Shown here one piece after another: positions 1-9,825 of a stretch of DNA of 64,000 nucleotides. The DNA is from Planctomycetota bacterium (GTDB lineage: Bacteria > Planctomycetota > UBA8108 > SXIK01). A model generated the notes under the pieces. That model did no database searches. It was not told the DNA's origin and saw only the letters and a list, made by a program, of their open reading frames with translations. The DNA is taken from contig CBDCXR010000004.1 of the NCBI GenBank assembly GCA_965223845.1, positions 1,600,001 to 1,664,000 of the forward strand, read 5' to 3'. The position numbers and the translations under genes were made by a program. Position 1 is the first letter of the stretch. Every line of letters starts with the position of its first letter.

Positions 1-297
1 GCTCTTCGGTTTCGAATCGTCGCCGCCGAACATCTGAAGCATTCGATCGGTGACGAGGAATCCGCCCATGACGTTGATCGTGGCGAGCACGACCGCGCAG
101 AAGCCGAGGACGTCTGCGAGTGTTCCTGCGTCGGCGCCGGTCACGATGAGGGCTCCCACGATCGTGATTCCGGAGATCGCGTTCGAGCCCGACATGAGCG
201 GCGTGTGGAGAGTCGGCGGGACGCGAGTGATCAGCTCGAGGCCGATGATCGTCGCGAGCACGAAGACGACGATTCCTCCGACGAGTCCTTCGATCAT
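1..297 (-). CDS. pntA: NAD(P) transhydrogenase subunit alpha, part 2 (membrane part); stop lies beyond the window edge
   Basis: Manual translation from ATG 297: MIEGLVGGIVVFVLATIIGLELITRVPPTLHTPLMSGSNAISG...ATINVMGGFLVTDRMLQMF. LHTPLMS/NAISG and GGFLVTDRML are PntA2 signatures. ATGA overlap with the upstream pntA part 1. Confidence 0.95.
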   Translation of the reverse strand, partial: MIEGLVGGIVVFVLATIIGLELITRVPPTLHTPLMSGSNAISGITIVGALIVTGADAGTLADVLGFCAVVLATINVMGGFLVTDRMLQMFGGDDSKPKS

Positions 298-1487
298 GCG
301 GAGTCTCTCTCTTCCTCGCAGAGCTGGCGGAGATCCTCGCGGCAGATCTCTCCGTCGTGGGTGACGCACATCGCTCCCGTGATCTCGTCCGCGAGATCGA
401 TCTCGAGCTTGCCGCTCTGGACGATGTGTTCGCACAAGGTGCTGAGATTGCGCGAATACATTTCGGAGGCATGAGTCGGGGCGGTCGACGGCAGATTGAC
501 CGGACCGATGATCACGACTCCGTGGTGGACGACTTCCTTGGCGGCTTCACTGAGAGTGCAGTTTCCGCCCATTTCAACGGCGAGGTCGACGATGACCGAT
601 CCGGGATTCATACCGCGCACCGCGTCCTCGGTGAGGAGAACCGGCGCGGGGCGCCCCGGTATGAGCGCCGTCGAGATCACGACGTCCGCCTGCGCGGCTG
701 CTTCTGCGATCACGGCGCGGTTGCGCTCTTCGGTCTCCTCGTCGAGGGCCTTCGCGTAGCCGCCCGAGTCCTCGGCGGATTTGTCGAGCGACGGAGGAGC
801 GAGGAACTTCGCTCCAAGACTCTCGACTTGCTCCTTGGCCGCCGGCCGGACGTCGAACGCCTCGACGATGGCGCCGAGGCGTCGTGCGGTTGCGATCGCC
901 TGGAGTCCGGCGACTCCCGCCCCGAGGATGAGCACCTTCGCCGGTGTGAGCGTTCCAGCGGCGGTGACCAACATCGGAAACAGCTTCCCGAGCGAATTCG
1001 CGGCACGGAGGACGGCTTTGTAACCGGCGATCGTACTCATGCTCGACAGCGCATCCATGCTCTGAGCGCGCGTGATGCGAGGCGCCCAGTCCATCGCGAG
1101 GGTCGTGATTCCTCGGCCCGCGAGTGCGCGGATGACATCGAGATGGAGATGCGGAAACTGAAAGCCGACGAGGACACAGCCTTCAGGTAACGCCTCGACT
1201 TCGTCAAAGGTCGGCGGCTGAACCTTGAGGACGAGATTCGCGCCCTGGGCCGCATCGCCGAAGCTGGGGACGATCTCCGCGCCGGCTTCCGAGTAGGCGT
1301 CGTCCGCAAAGAACGCCCGCTTCCCCGCATCGCTCTCGACCGCGAAAGACGGCGCGGCCGACGCGTTCGATTCGTCGTCGTCCGCGTCCTTGCTCGTTAG
1401 CTTGGAGCGCAAGCGCGCCACCGCAGCGGGAACGAGAGCCACTCGACGCTCTCTCGGCGCGGTCTCTCGCGGGATTCCGATCCGCAT
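294..1487 (-). CDS. pntA: NAD(P) transhydrogenase subunit alpha, part 1 (NAD(H)-binding domain)
   Basis: MRIGIPRE...ERRVALVP, RAQSMDALSSM, GAGVAGLQA, VEQ-like KEQVESLGAKF, TALIPGRPAP, DLAVEMGGNC. Start trimmed to Met39 of the track ORF. Confidence 0.96.
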   Translation of the reverse strand: MRIGIPRETAPRERRVALVPAAVARLRSKLTSKDADDDESNASAAPSFAVESDAGKRAFFADDAYSEAGAEIVPSFGDAAQGANLVLKVQPPTFDEVEALPEGCVLVGFQFPHLHLDVIRALAGRGITTLAMDWAPRITRAQSMDALSSMSTIAGYKAVLRAANSLGKLFPMLVTAAGTLTPAKVLILGAGVAGLQAIATARRLGAIVEAFDVRPAAKEQVESLGAKFLAPPSLDKSAEDSGGYAKALDEETEERNRAVIAEAAAQADVVISTALIPGRPAPVLLTEDAVRGMNPGSVIVDLAVEMGGNCTLSEAAKEVVHHGVVIIGPVNLPSTAPTHASEMYSRNLSTLCEHIVQSGKLEIDLADEITGAMCVTHDGEICREDLRQLCEEERDSA

Positions 1488-1690
1488 TCCCGTTGACGTC
1501 CCTTCACCATCGTCGCGGGCCGCATCGTACGGCCGCGCCGCAGTCTCCCTCGACCGGTCGCTCGCGTACGACTTTTTGGAGCGGGCGGTCAGGCGGCGCA
1601 TGATACCCTAACGCGCTTCGGAAGAACACCGCGAAACCGCCCTCTCCGCTAGCGACGGGGTGGAGTGCAACGACGCGTCACGGAGGAGTC

Positions 1691-2581
1691 ATGGCGAAGA
1701 CCATCGGGTTCATCGGAATGGGCATCATGGGTCGGCCGATGGCGCGCCATCTCATCGACGCCGGTTACGACGTCACCGTTTACAACCGGACGAAATCGCG
1801 CACGGCCGAGCTCGTGGAAGCCGGCGCCAAGGTCGCCGACACGCCGCGCCAGTGCGGCGAAGGCAAGGACGTCGTCATCACGATCGTGACCGATTCACCC
1901 GACGTCGAAGCGGTGCTCTTCGGACCGGACGGCGCGGCGAGCGGAATCCGCACGGGCGCGACGGTGATCGACATGAGCACGATCTCTCCGGACGTGACCC
2001 GCGACATCGCCGATCGATTGAAGAATCAGGGCGTCGATTTTCTCGACGCTCCCGTGAGCGGCGGCGATATCGGCGCGCAGAAGGGGACGCTCACGATTAT
2101 GGTCGGCGGTGACCAAAGCGTCTTCGATCGCGTGAAGGATGTCTTCGAGCCCATGGGGTCGCGCATCACGCTCGTCGGCCCAGTCGGCGCGGGCCAAGTG
2201 ACGAAGTCCTGCAATCAGATCCTCTGCGCGGTGAACATGGTCGCGGTGTGCGAGGCGCTCTCGCTCGCGCGGAGGAACGGACTCGATCTCGCGAAGGTTC
2301 ACCAAGTGGTCACCGGCGGCGCGGCGAACTCGTGGGCGCTCGAAAACCTCGGCGGCGCGATGATCGAAAACAACTTCAATCCCGGCTTTATGGTGAAGCT
2401 CATCCTGAAGGACCTCAACATCGTCCTCAGCGCGGCAAAGCGCCTTCACCTTCCGCTCGCCGGAACGTCGCTTGCGCACGAGTACTTTCAATCGAACGTC
2501 GCGCACGGTGAGGGAGAGCTCGGGACTCAGGCGATGCTGAAAGTGCTCGAGCGACTCGGCAACTTTTCGCTGGAGGACTAA
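1691..2581 (+). CDS. NAD(P)-dependent beta-hydroxyacid dehydrogenase (3-hydroxyisobutyrate dehydrogenase / tartronate semialdehyde reductase family)
   Basis: IGFIGMGIMG, DAPVSGG, catalytic K in GQVTKSCNQ, KDL motif. GGAGGAG RBS upstream. Confidence 0.93.
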   Translation: MAKTIGFIGMGIMGRPMARHLIDAGYDVTVYNRTKSRTAELVEAGAKVADTPRQCGEGKDVVITIVTDSPDVEAVLFGPDGAASGIRTGATVIDMSTISPDVTRDIADRLKNQGVDFLDAPVSGGDIGAQKGTLTIMVGGDQSVFDRVKDVFEPMGSRITLVGPVGAGQVTKSCNQILCAVNMVAVCEALSLARRNGLDLAKVHQVVTGGAANSWALENLGGAMIENNFNPGFMVKLILKDLNIVLSAAKRLHLPLAGTSLAHEYFQSNVAHGEGELGTQAMLKVLERLGNFSLED

Positions 2582-2584
2582 ACC

Positions 2585-4873
2585 ATGCGCGGACGTCGCT
2601 CGAACCTTGCGTTTCGTATCGGGCCGGCCGGTTTCGCCGCGATGGTCGCGACGTTACTCTGCGTTCCGGCGAAGGCTGCAGGGGCGGACCTTCCCGAGGA
2701 ATCCGACGACGGAGCGAAAGCGAGCGAGAAGGTCGCGCCGGAGACCGTGGAGAACGCCGAGAAGCGGACGCCGAACCGGCTCGCTAAAGAGAAGAGCCCG
2801 TATCTCCTCCAGCATCAGTACAACCCCGTCGATTGGTATCCGTGGGGCGACGAAGCGTTCGAGAAGGCGCGGCGCGAGAATAAGCCGATCTTTCTCAGCA
2901 TCGGCTACTCGACATGCCACTGGTGTCACGTCATGGAGCGGGAATCGTTCGAAGACGAAGAGATCGCGGCCTACCTGAACAAGCACTTCGTCGCCGTCAA
3001 GGTCGATCGTGAGGAGCGGCCGGATGTCGACGGCGTGTACATGGACGCGGTCACGGCGATCACGGGTCGGGGCGGCTGGCCGCTCTCCGCTTTTCTCACC
3101 GCCGATCGCTTGCCGTTTTACGGTGGGACGTACTTCCCGCCGCGCGCCGGCGCGCGGGGCGCGCAAATGGGTTTCCTCGAGCTCTGTCAGAAAGTCGTCG
3201 AGGTCTGGTCGACGAATCGCGCTCAGATCGAAACGAGCGCGAATCAACTCCGAACGATGATCGAGAACCAGTCGACGGTTGCGACAGGAAGCGCGACCGT
3301 CGAGCCGAAGCTCGTCCGTCGCGCCTACGATGCGCTGGTCGCGAACTACGATCCCGAGCACGGTGGCTTTCGGGGGCCGCCCCGCCACGCGCCGAAGTTT
3401 CCCCGGACGTCCGTGCTCGATCTCCTTCTTCGCTACGCCCAGACGAAGGACGCCCAGTCGAAACAGACCGCGGCGGACGCGCTCGAGATGGTGTTCACAT
3501 CGCTCGACAAGATGATCCACGGCGGGATCCGAGATCACCTCGCGGGAGGCTTCCACCGCTACTCGGTGGATCGCATCTGGCTTGTTCCTCACTTCGAGAA
3601 AATGCTCTACGACCAGGCGCTCATCGCGCGCACGCTCGTCGACGCGTACCGGATATCTCGGAACCAGCAGTACCTCGCCGTGGCGCGCGAGATCATGGAC
3701 TACGTTCGCGGCCGCATGACCGGGCCGTCCGGGGAACTCTACTCCGCGGAGGACGCCGACACGAACCACGTCGAGGGTCTCACCTACACCTGGACGAGGA
3801 AGGAGGTGCTCCGAGTCGTCGGGAGCGAGGACGGCGAGAGCTTCTGCGCCTACTACGGAATCACGCCGGAGGGCAACTTCGAAGAGGGTGGCGAGCACGT
3901 CAATATTCTCAGCATTCCGGACCCGTCGGCGTTCGCTCGGATCGCCGCGGAGCGGAAGCTCTCCGAGGCCGAGCTTTCAGACAGGTTCGCCGCGGCGCGA
4001 GCGCGGCTGCTCGCTGTTCGCGACGAGCGACCACAGCCGCTCCGCGACGACAAAGTGCTCACGGCGTGGAACGGGCTCGGGATCTCCGCGCTCGCGTACA
4101 CGTATCAGGTGACTCGCGACGAGGTCTACCTCACCGCCGCCCAGCGCGCGGCCGCGTTCGTAAAGGAGCATCTCGCCGAGGGCGGCCATCTGAAGAGACG
4201 TTACCGCGCGGGTGAAGTTCGCTTCCCGGGGTATCTGAACGACTACGCGTTCCTCGCCGACGGTCTTCTCGATCTCTTCGAGTCCGACTTCGATCCCCGG
4301 TGGCTCGAGTGGGCGAATCGACTCGCGGGGACTCTGCTGAGCGATTTTCTGGATTCGGAGAGCGGCACCTTTTTTACGACGAGCGCGCACCAGGAAAAGC
4401 TCATCGTGAGACAGCGGGAGTTCTACGATGGCGCCGTGCCGTCGGGAAACTCCGTCGCCCTCTCCGTTCTCCTCCGACTCGGTCAGTACACCGACGACGC
4501 GAAGGTCCTCGCCGCGGCGCGAAAGCTCGAGGGCGCGGCGGCAGCGCTCGCGGTTCGTGCCCCCGCGAGCTACCCGGCTCTCCTCTGCGCGGCGTACTAC
4601 CGAATGGCGGAGCCGAAGCAGCTCGTCATCGCGGGCGACGCCGCGAGTACGGCATCCTGGCGCGATGCCGTCTACGATCGATTTCTGCCGGCGAAGATCC
4701 TCGTCCGCGTTCCCGGTGGAGGCGCCAACGCGAAACTCGCCGCGCTCGTCCCACTGGTCGAAGGGAAGCTCGCGATCGCGGGGAGTCCCACTGCGTACGT
4801 CTGCCGGGACAAAGTCTGCAAGTTGCCGGCGAAGGAACTCGACACGTTTCTCAAGCAGCTCGCAGCGCCGTAG
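2585..4873 (+). CDS. YyaL/SSP411-like thioredoxin domain-containing protein (DUF255 + alpha/alpha toroid), with putative signal peptide
   Basis: [79 protein letters not shown]. Confidence 0.93.
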   Translation: MRGRRSNLAFRIGPAGFAAMVATLLCVPAKAAGADLPEESDDGAKASEKVAPETVENAEKRTPNRLAKEKSPYLLQHQYNPVDWYPWGDEAFEKARRENKPIFLSIGYSTCHWCHVMERESFEDEEIAAYLNKHFVAVKVDREERPDVDGVYMDAVTAITGRGGWPLSAFLTADRLPFYGGTYFPPRAGARGAQMGFLELCQKVVEVWSTNRAQIETSANQLRTMIENQSTVATGSATVEPKLVRRAYDALVANYDPEHGGFRGPPRHAPKFPRTSVLDLLLRYAQTKDAQSKQTAADALEMVFTSLDKMIHGGIRDHLAGGFHRYSVDRIWLVPHFEKMLYDQALIARTLVDAYRISRNQQYLAVAREIMDYVRGRMTGPSGELYSAEDADTNHVEGLTYTWTRKEVLRVVGSEDGESFCAYYGITPEGNFEEGGEHVNILSIPDPSAFARIAAERKLSEAELSDRFAAARARLLAVRDERPQPLRDDKVLTAWNGLGISALAYTYQVTRDEVYLTAAQRAAAFVKEHLAEGGHLKRRYRAGEVRFPGYLNDYAFLADGLLDLFESDFDPRWLEWANRLAGTLLSDFLDSESGTFFTTSAHQEKLIVRQREFYDGAVPSGNSVALSVLLRLGQYTDDAKVLAAARKLEGAAAALAVRAPASYPALLCAAYYRMAEPKQLVIAGDAASTASWRDAVYDRFLPAKILVRVPGGGANAKLAALVPLVEGKLAIAGSPTAYVCRDKVCKLPAKELDTFLKQLAAP

Positions 4874-5081
4874 TCGACGCGACCCGGCGAAAAAGAAATC
4901 CGCGCGGTGCGATTCGAGTGGTAGCATCCTCGTGAGGGCAGGCTGAGGGGGGAGTTCAACGCGGGCGGGACGCACGACGGAGCCGGATGTCGATCGTGGC
5001 CGAGACGTGTCACGAGCCGGTCTGCAACCGCCGTCGTCCGCGGCCGAGCCGGCCGGCGAAGATCGAGCGACTGCACTCTTC

Positions 5082-5202
5082 GGGGGCTGTCTCAAAACCT
5101 GTTTCGTCGGCCGGAGGCCGAGCCCGTCGAACCCTTGCGAGGAGCGAGGAAGCGACGTGCAGATCCGTACCGAAGCCGAGGTCGGGTTTTGAATCAGTTC
5201 TC
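5082..5202. repeat. Degenerate short palindromic / MITE-like element
   Basis: Left end GGGGGCTGTCTCAAAACCT versus reverse complement of right end GAGAACTGATTCAAAACCC (13/19 identical). Internal CTTGCGAGGAGCGAGGAAGCGACGTGCAGATCC resembles REP-type repeat cores. Confidence 0.35.
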
Positions 5203-5344
5203 GAGTTCGTGGTCGGGCCGTAGCGTCGCGAGCCCCGCGCATCGCGCGGAGGCTTTCGACGCGGTCGCGGTGAGAGGCCCGGGCTCAAAATGCGCAATCG
5301 GCGTCCGAGCGCGGGAGCAACGCCTGTGAGTTGGGGGGGATACA

Positions 5345-5707
5345 ATGCGAACCAAGAGTCCGCGATCGAGCACGCTCGCCGATGCCCTGCGGGGCTTCCT
5401 TCGGAGCGTCGAGCTCGACTCCGAGTCGACTCGATCCCGCGATAGCGGCGTCGAGACGATGATTCAGGTCGAGCACGACGGTTTCGTGTACGCCCTTGTC
5501 CGGCATCCCGCGCAAGGCGTTCAGCGGTTGAGTCCGCGCGAACGGGAGATCGCCACGCTGGTTGCGGAGGGCCTCGGGAACAAGACGATTGCGATCCGGC
5601 TCGGGATCCGACCGGGAAGCGTCTCGACCTACCTCCGGCGGATCTTCGTCAAGCTGGGCATCGACTCGCGCGCCGCGCTGGCGCAGCGAAGCGTAGTGCT
5701 CAGCTAG
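5345..5707 (+). CDS. LuxR/GerE-family C-terminal HTH transcriptional regulator (no receiver domain)
   Basis: LSPREREIATLVAEGLGNKTIAIRLGIRPGSVSTYLRRIFVKLGIDSRAAL. Confidence 0.88.
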   Translation: MRTKSPRSSTLADALRGFLRSVELDSESTRSRDSGVETMIQVEHDGFVYALVRHPAQGVQRLSPREREIATLVAEGLGNKTIAIRLGIRPGSVSTYLRRIFVKLGIDSRAALAQRSVVLS

Positions 5708-5750
5708 TTTGGTTCTGGGCTAGTTCGGTTCTGGGCTAGTTCGGTTCTGC
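5703..5750. repeat. 3 x 16-bp tandem repeat GCTAGTTYGGTTCTGS overlapping the LuxR stop codon
   Basis: gctagtttggttctgg / gctagttcggttctgg / gctagttcggttctgc, read directly. Confidence 0.9.
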
Positions 5751-5857
5751 TTTGGCGAACGGAGTTGTCTCGAGGCGTCTCGACGTCGCTTGGCGGCGCC
5801 TCGACGCGGGGCGAGACCCCGACGAGATCTCGACGAGATGCTCGAAAAGCGCGGCAG

Positions 5858-5893
5858 AAAAAAACCCTCGGCACGATTGAGGGCACCGAGGGT
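5858..5893 (-). terminator. Rho-independent terminator downstream of the Na/Pi transporter gene
   Basis: Minus strand ACCCTCGGTGC-cctcaatc-GTGCCGAGGGT followed by a T-run. Confidence 0.75.
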
Positions 5894-6055
5894 CGGGGCA
5901 GTTGTGGGCTCGTTGAGGCGTCGGGTCCCGCGACTTGCGTTGCGTACCCTTCACGCGGGCGCGAACTCTAACCGAGCCCGAACCGGAAGAAAAGTCCCCA
6001 TTTCGACTGTCATCCGGACGCGATACACAAAACGGGGGAGAACGCTCCTGACGCT

Positions 6056-8638
6056 CTACTGCCTCGGCGCGAGGATTCGCATGCGCTGGGCGATGTGCGC
6101 GAGATCTGCGGCGATGCGAAAGAGAATTCCGAACGCCTGCCCGTAGACGATGGTCTGGCTGTGCGCACTGAGCGGCAAGGTATCGCGGTGTTCGGCGTCG
6201 GTGTGCTGGCGCCACTGGGCTTCGATGCGGCTCGAGTACTTCGCGAGTCGTTCGACCATCTTGACGGCGTTCTCTTCCGTCCGGATGTCGCGCTCCCGAA
6301 GGAGGCTGAGAATGTTCCCGAACTGCGCGACGACGAGATCGTAGACTTCTCCGAGGTCGCGAATGACTTCCTCGGATCCGAGGATCTTTTCGTCGATTTT
6401 GCGCGCGGCGAGCTCTCGCAGCCCCTCCGCGTACGTGCCGATGCGTGCGATCGACTCGATCGCACTCTGGAGGATTTCGGCCTGCATCGCGTCGCGGTGG
6501 GTGAGCTGGCTCGCTCCCACTTCGACGAGGTACTGGCTTGTTTCGCGGTGGAGGTCTGCGAGAACCTGTCCCCGTCGAACCACTTGGTCGGAGAGATCGA
6601 TATCGTCGTAGCGGAACGCGTCGAACGCTTCGGCGACCGTCTTTCTACACATCTCCGTCATGTAAACGACTTCCGCCGTTGTTTGGCGAAGCGCGAGCGC
6701 CGGGACTGCGATCAGGTTTTCGTCTAGGTGGAACGGCTTGACGATCTGCGTTTCACCCGCGCTCGGCCGGAGTCGTTCGAGCGGACGGATGAGAAGACCG
6801 GGGAGCGCGAGAAACACGGCCGCCCCGATGAGGTTGTACAGCGTGTGTGCCGTCGCGATGTGTTGCGTCGCGTTCTGTGGAAACTCGGAGAGAAGAGGAG
6901 CGGGCACCCAGCTTTCGACGAGCCAGAGAAGGGGCGAGTGCCCGTCGACGAGAACAATGGAGAGGATGGACGCGAGCGCGGCAGCGAGTAGGTGAAAGAT
7001 GAAATTGAGAAGGGCGGTGCGTTGCGCCTCGCGGCGCTTCCTGGCGGCGAGCGCGAGGACCATTCCGGCGGCACCGACGTTGGCGCCGATGATGAGAGGA
7101 ATCGCGTGGGCCGGCGGTAGGAGGCTCGACTCGACGAGCACCATCGCGAACACGACGAGGAGATTCGACGTGCGGAAGACGAAGCCCGTGAGCGTCCCGG
7201 CCGCGAGCACCGACACGAACATTCCGGCGTAGCTGGTGAACGAGCCGGTCGTCGGTCGGAGAAGCGGCAGCTCGCGCAGTTGCTCGCTGAGCGCGGCGGT
7301 AGACGCGACTTGCCGGAGTATGGTCCAGCTCGCGAATACGAGGCCGAAGCCGACGCAGATCCACGCCCAAGAAGCCCACTGTGTGTGCCGGCGAGCGAGG
7401 AACAGGAGCGCGCCGACGACGAGGAGAGGCGCGGCGATCGCATCGACTTCGAGGGCGAGGAGCTGACAGAGCACCGTTCCGCCGACGTTGGCGCCGAGGA
7501 CGATGGCGAGCGCACCTTTCGCTTGGAGGAGCCCGCTGTTCGCGAGGCTCGTCAGATAGGACGTGACGAGCGACGCCGACTGAAACGTCGCTCCCGCCAC
7601 GACGCCGCCGGCGAACCCCTTGAACCGGTTGGCCGCCCAGGATTCGGTCGGCAGGTGCGAATAGCGACTCGTCAAAAGGAGGAATCCTCCGCCGAGGAGA
7701 CGCACGCCGATGACAAAGAGGATCGTCGCGATCGCGCAGTGAATTCCGACCCCGAGCCAATCCGTCGCAACGACGGTGAACACCACGGGGTCCGGCGGAC
7801 GCGGCGCGTCGGGCTCCGGCGGGACCTGAGCGAGGACGAGATACTCGCCCGAGATGTCGCCGATCCCGAGTGTCCCTTCGCGGAAGCCGTCAGAGTCCGT
7901 CGTTCGATTTCGGCGGCGCTCGCGCTTGAGCACGGTCGACTCGTTCGCGCGAAGCGGAATCTCGACGAGCCGGAACGGCACTTCCCGATTGGGGATCGCG
8001 ACCGCCTGGCCCTCCTCTTCGTCCCAGCGCGTGAGCGTCAGCGAAAGATCGACGTCGTCGCCCACCGGAGCTTCGACGCGAGCGGGCACCCCGAGCTCGA
8101 CGCCTGAGTTGAGGTGAAAGTGAACCTTGTCGGATTTCGTGTTGATGCTCGCTTCGACACGCCAGTTTCCCGTCAGCGTTCCCATCCGCGCGTTGACTTG
8201 GGCGATGCCGTCTCGGTCGCTCGTCACAGTGAAGCCGAGGCGCGCGGGGGCTCGGTTCTCGCGATCGATCTCGGAGGCCGACCCCGCTCCGGCTGCTTCC
8301 GGCAGAAGTAAGACCGGGTACGGGGGCGGAGTGCCGGCGGGCACGTCAAAGGACGCCACCTCGACGATGGCATCGGGAAGGTAGTCCCGGACACCGTCCA
8401 CCTCGAAGTGAACCGCGACGCCGGGGACGGGTTGGCGCTCACGCTTCCTCCCGAAGAGGTCGAGGCGTCGAGGGCCGAGAACTCGCACTCGGAGCGGGAG
8501 CTCGATCTCGCCGCCGGCGGCCGCGCTCTGGTGGTCGCCCGAGATGATCTCGACGCGAGTCGGTTCCGGCGGATTCGCCGGTTCGCACGCGACGAGCGCG
8601 AGCACTCCGATCCAGCCGAGCAGGAGTTTTCGGATCAT
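6056..8638 (-). CDS. Na/Pi cotransporter (NptA/YjbB-like) with C-terminal PhoU-like repeats and an N-terminal lipoprotein/Ig-like extension
   Basis: GVVAGATFQSAS, IVLGANVGGT, IIGANVGA, IATAHTLYNL and a helical PhoU-like tail (PALALRQTTAEVVYM...HIAQRM). N-terminal MIRKLLLGWIGVLALVAC lipobox and IISGDHQSA...PLRVRV Big_1-like motif. Confidence 0.85.
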   Translation of the reverse strand: MIRKLLLGWIGVLALVACEPANPPEPTRVEIISGDHQSAAAGGEIELPLRVRVLGPRRLDLFGRKRERQPVPGVAVHFEVDGVRDYLPDAIVEVASFDVPAGTPPPYPVLLLPEAAGAGSASEIDRENRAPARLGFTVTSDRDGIAQVNARMGTLTGNWRVEASINTKSDKVHFHLNSGVELGVPARVEAPVGDDVDLSLTLTRWDEEEGQAVAIPNREVPFRLVEIPLRANESTVLKRERRRNRTTDSDGFREGTLGIGDISGEYLVLAQVPPEPDAPRPPDPVVFTVVATDWLGVGIHCAIATILFVIGVRLLGGGFLLLTSRYSHLPTESWAANRFKGFAGGVVAGATFQSASLVTSYLTSLANSGLLQAKGALAIVLGANVGGTVLCQLLALEVDAIAAPLLVVGALLFLARRHTQWASWAWICVGFGLVFASWTILRQVASTAALSEQLRELPLLRPTTGSFTSYAGMFVSVLAAGTLTGFVFRTSNLLVVFAMVLVESSLLPPAHAIPLIIGANVGAAGMVLALAARKRREAQRTALLNFIFHLLAAALASILSIVLVDGHSPLLWLVESWVPAPLLSEFPQNATQHIATAHTLYNLIGAAVFLALPGLLIRPLERLRPSAGETQIVKPFHLDENLIAVPALALRQTTAEVVYMTEMCRKTVAEAFDAFRYDDIDLSDQVVRRGQVLADLHRETSQYLVEVGASQLTHRDAMQAEILQSAIESIARIGTYAEGLRELAARKIDEKILGSEEVIRDLGEVYDLVVAQFGNILSLLRERDIRTEENAVKMVERLAKYSSRIEAQWRQHTDAEHRDTLPLSAHSQTIVYGQAFGILFRIAADLAHIAQRMRILAPRQ

Positions 8639-8850
8639 AGCGACTCTGGGTTCATGCAAAATTCACGGTCCAGAGATAGGTTTTTAAAGGGAGCGGCCCA
8701 GAATCACTTCGGGTGGACGGCGGACGCCGTCCGTATTGTACGCGTCGGGCGCGAGCTCGCGACGTCCGAGCACTCGGGACGTTCGAGCCACGCCGTACAG
8801 GACGCCACTCTGGACCAACCGGCGAGAACCCTGATCGATGATCGACGGAT

Positions 8851-9795
8851 ATGACGGAAGGCGCTGACCGTTTTTCTCTCCAGACACCCGGAACGGCGAC
8901 GTTGGCACCTCGCACCGCGTTTCTCGAGTTCGGCTCGACATCGATCAAGTTCTACCTCGTGACGGCCACCGGGCCCGATGCCGGTAAGGTCGAGGTCGAG
9001 ACGAAGATCCCGTGGGATCTCGGCTACGACGTCTTCGAGCACGCGCGCATCAGTCCGACGACGATCGCCCGTGGCACGGCGACCCTGCGAGAGCTTCAGG
9101 CGGAGTATCCGGACGTTTCCTTCGAATCTGCGACGGCAGTCGGAACGGCCGCTCTCCGCGAAGCACAGAACGCCGACGTCTTCCAGCGCGTGATCGGGGA
9201 GGAGCTCGGCCTTCAGATTCACGTCATCGAAGGCGGAATCGAGGCTTTCCTGCTCGAAACCGGCTTTCGATCGACCGTGACGCAATACCCGACCGGGCTC
9301 TTCGATCTCGGCGGGGGCAGTCTCGAGCTCGTGGAATACCTGAGCGCGTACGCAACGAAGAAGACGAGTCTTCCGCTCGGGGCGATCCGGCTTCACTGTC
9401 AGCTCCGCTCGACGAAGGATCTGTTCGCCTACGTCACGGAGGCTCGACGTCACGTGGCCGCGGTCGTCGAGCACCATCTGGTCGGTCAGACGCCCCCCTA
9501 TCGCGAGCTCATCGGGACGGGCGGGACGATGCGAACTCTCATTCGTCTCGTCGGCAGCGAGGCGCTCGATGGGGAGAACATCCGCGCGCTCGTCGACCGG
9601 GAGATTCGCGGCGAGCCCTGGGAAGAGGTCGAACCGCACCGACGACGAGTTCTGCTCCCGGGCGCCTTGATCGTCGAGGGGCTCCTCGCGACGCTGAAGC
9701 TCGACCGCGTCGTCTACCGCGGCGCGTCCGTGAAGCGCGGACTGATCAACCTGACGCGACTTCTTCCGGGCGGAGGCGTCCGTCCGGCCGGTTGA
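8851..9795 (+). CDS. Ppx/GppA family exopolyphosphatase (short, single ASKHA module)
   Basis: EFGSTSIK, GTAALREAQN, EA, DLGGGSLE, SLPLGAIRL, IGTGGT, RVLLPGALI. Confidence 0.85.
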   Translation: MTEGADRFSLQTPGTATLAPRTAFLEFGSTSIKFYLVTATGPDAGKVEVETKIPWDLGYDVFEHARISPTTIARGTATLRELQAEYPDVSFESATAVGTAALREAQNADVFQRVIGEELGLQIHVIEGGIEAFLLETGFRSTVTQYPTGLFDLGGGSLELVEYLSAYATKKTSLPLGAIRLHCQLRSTKDLFAYVTEARRHVAAVVEHHLVGQTPPYRELIGTGGTMRTLIRLVGSEALDGENIRALVDREIRGEPWEEVEPHRRRVLLPGALIVEGLLATLKLDRVVYRGASVKRGLINLTRLLPGGGVRPAG

Positions 9796-9825
9796 GCGAC
9801 TGCGGAACGGAGGTGCGCCGAGCGC

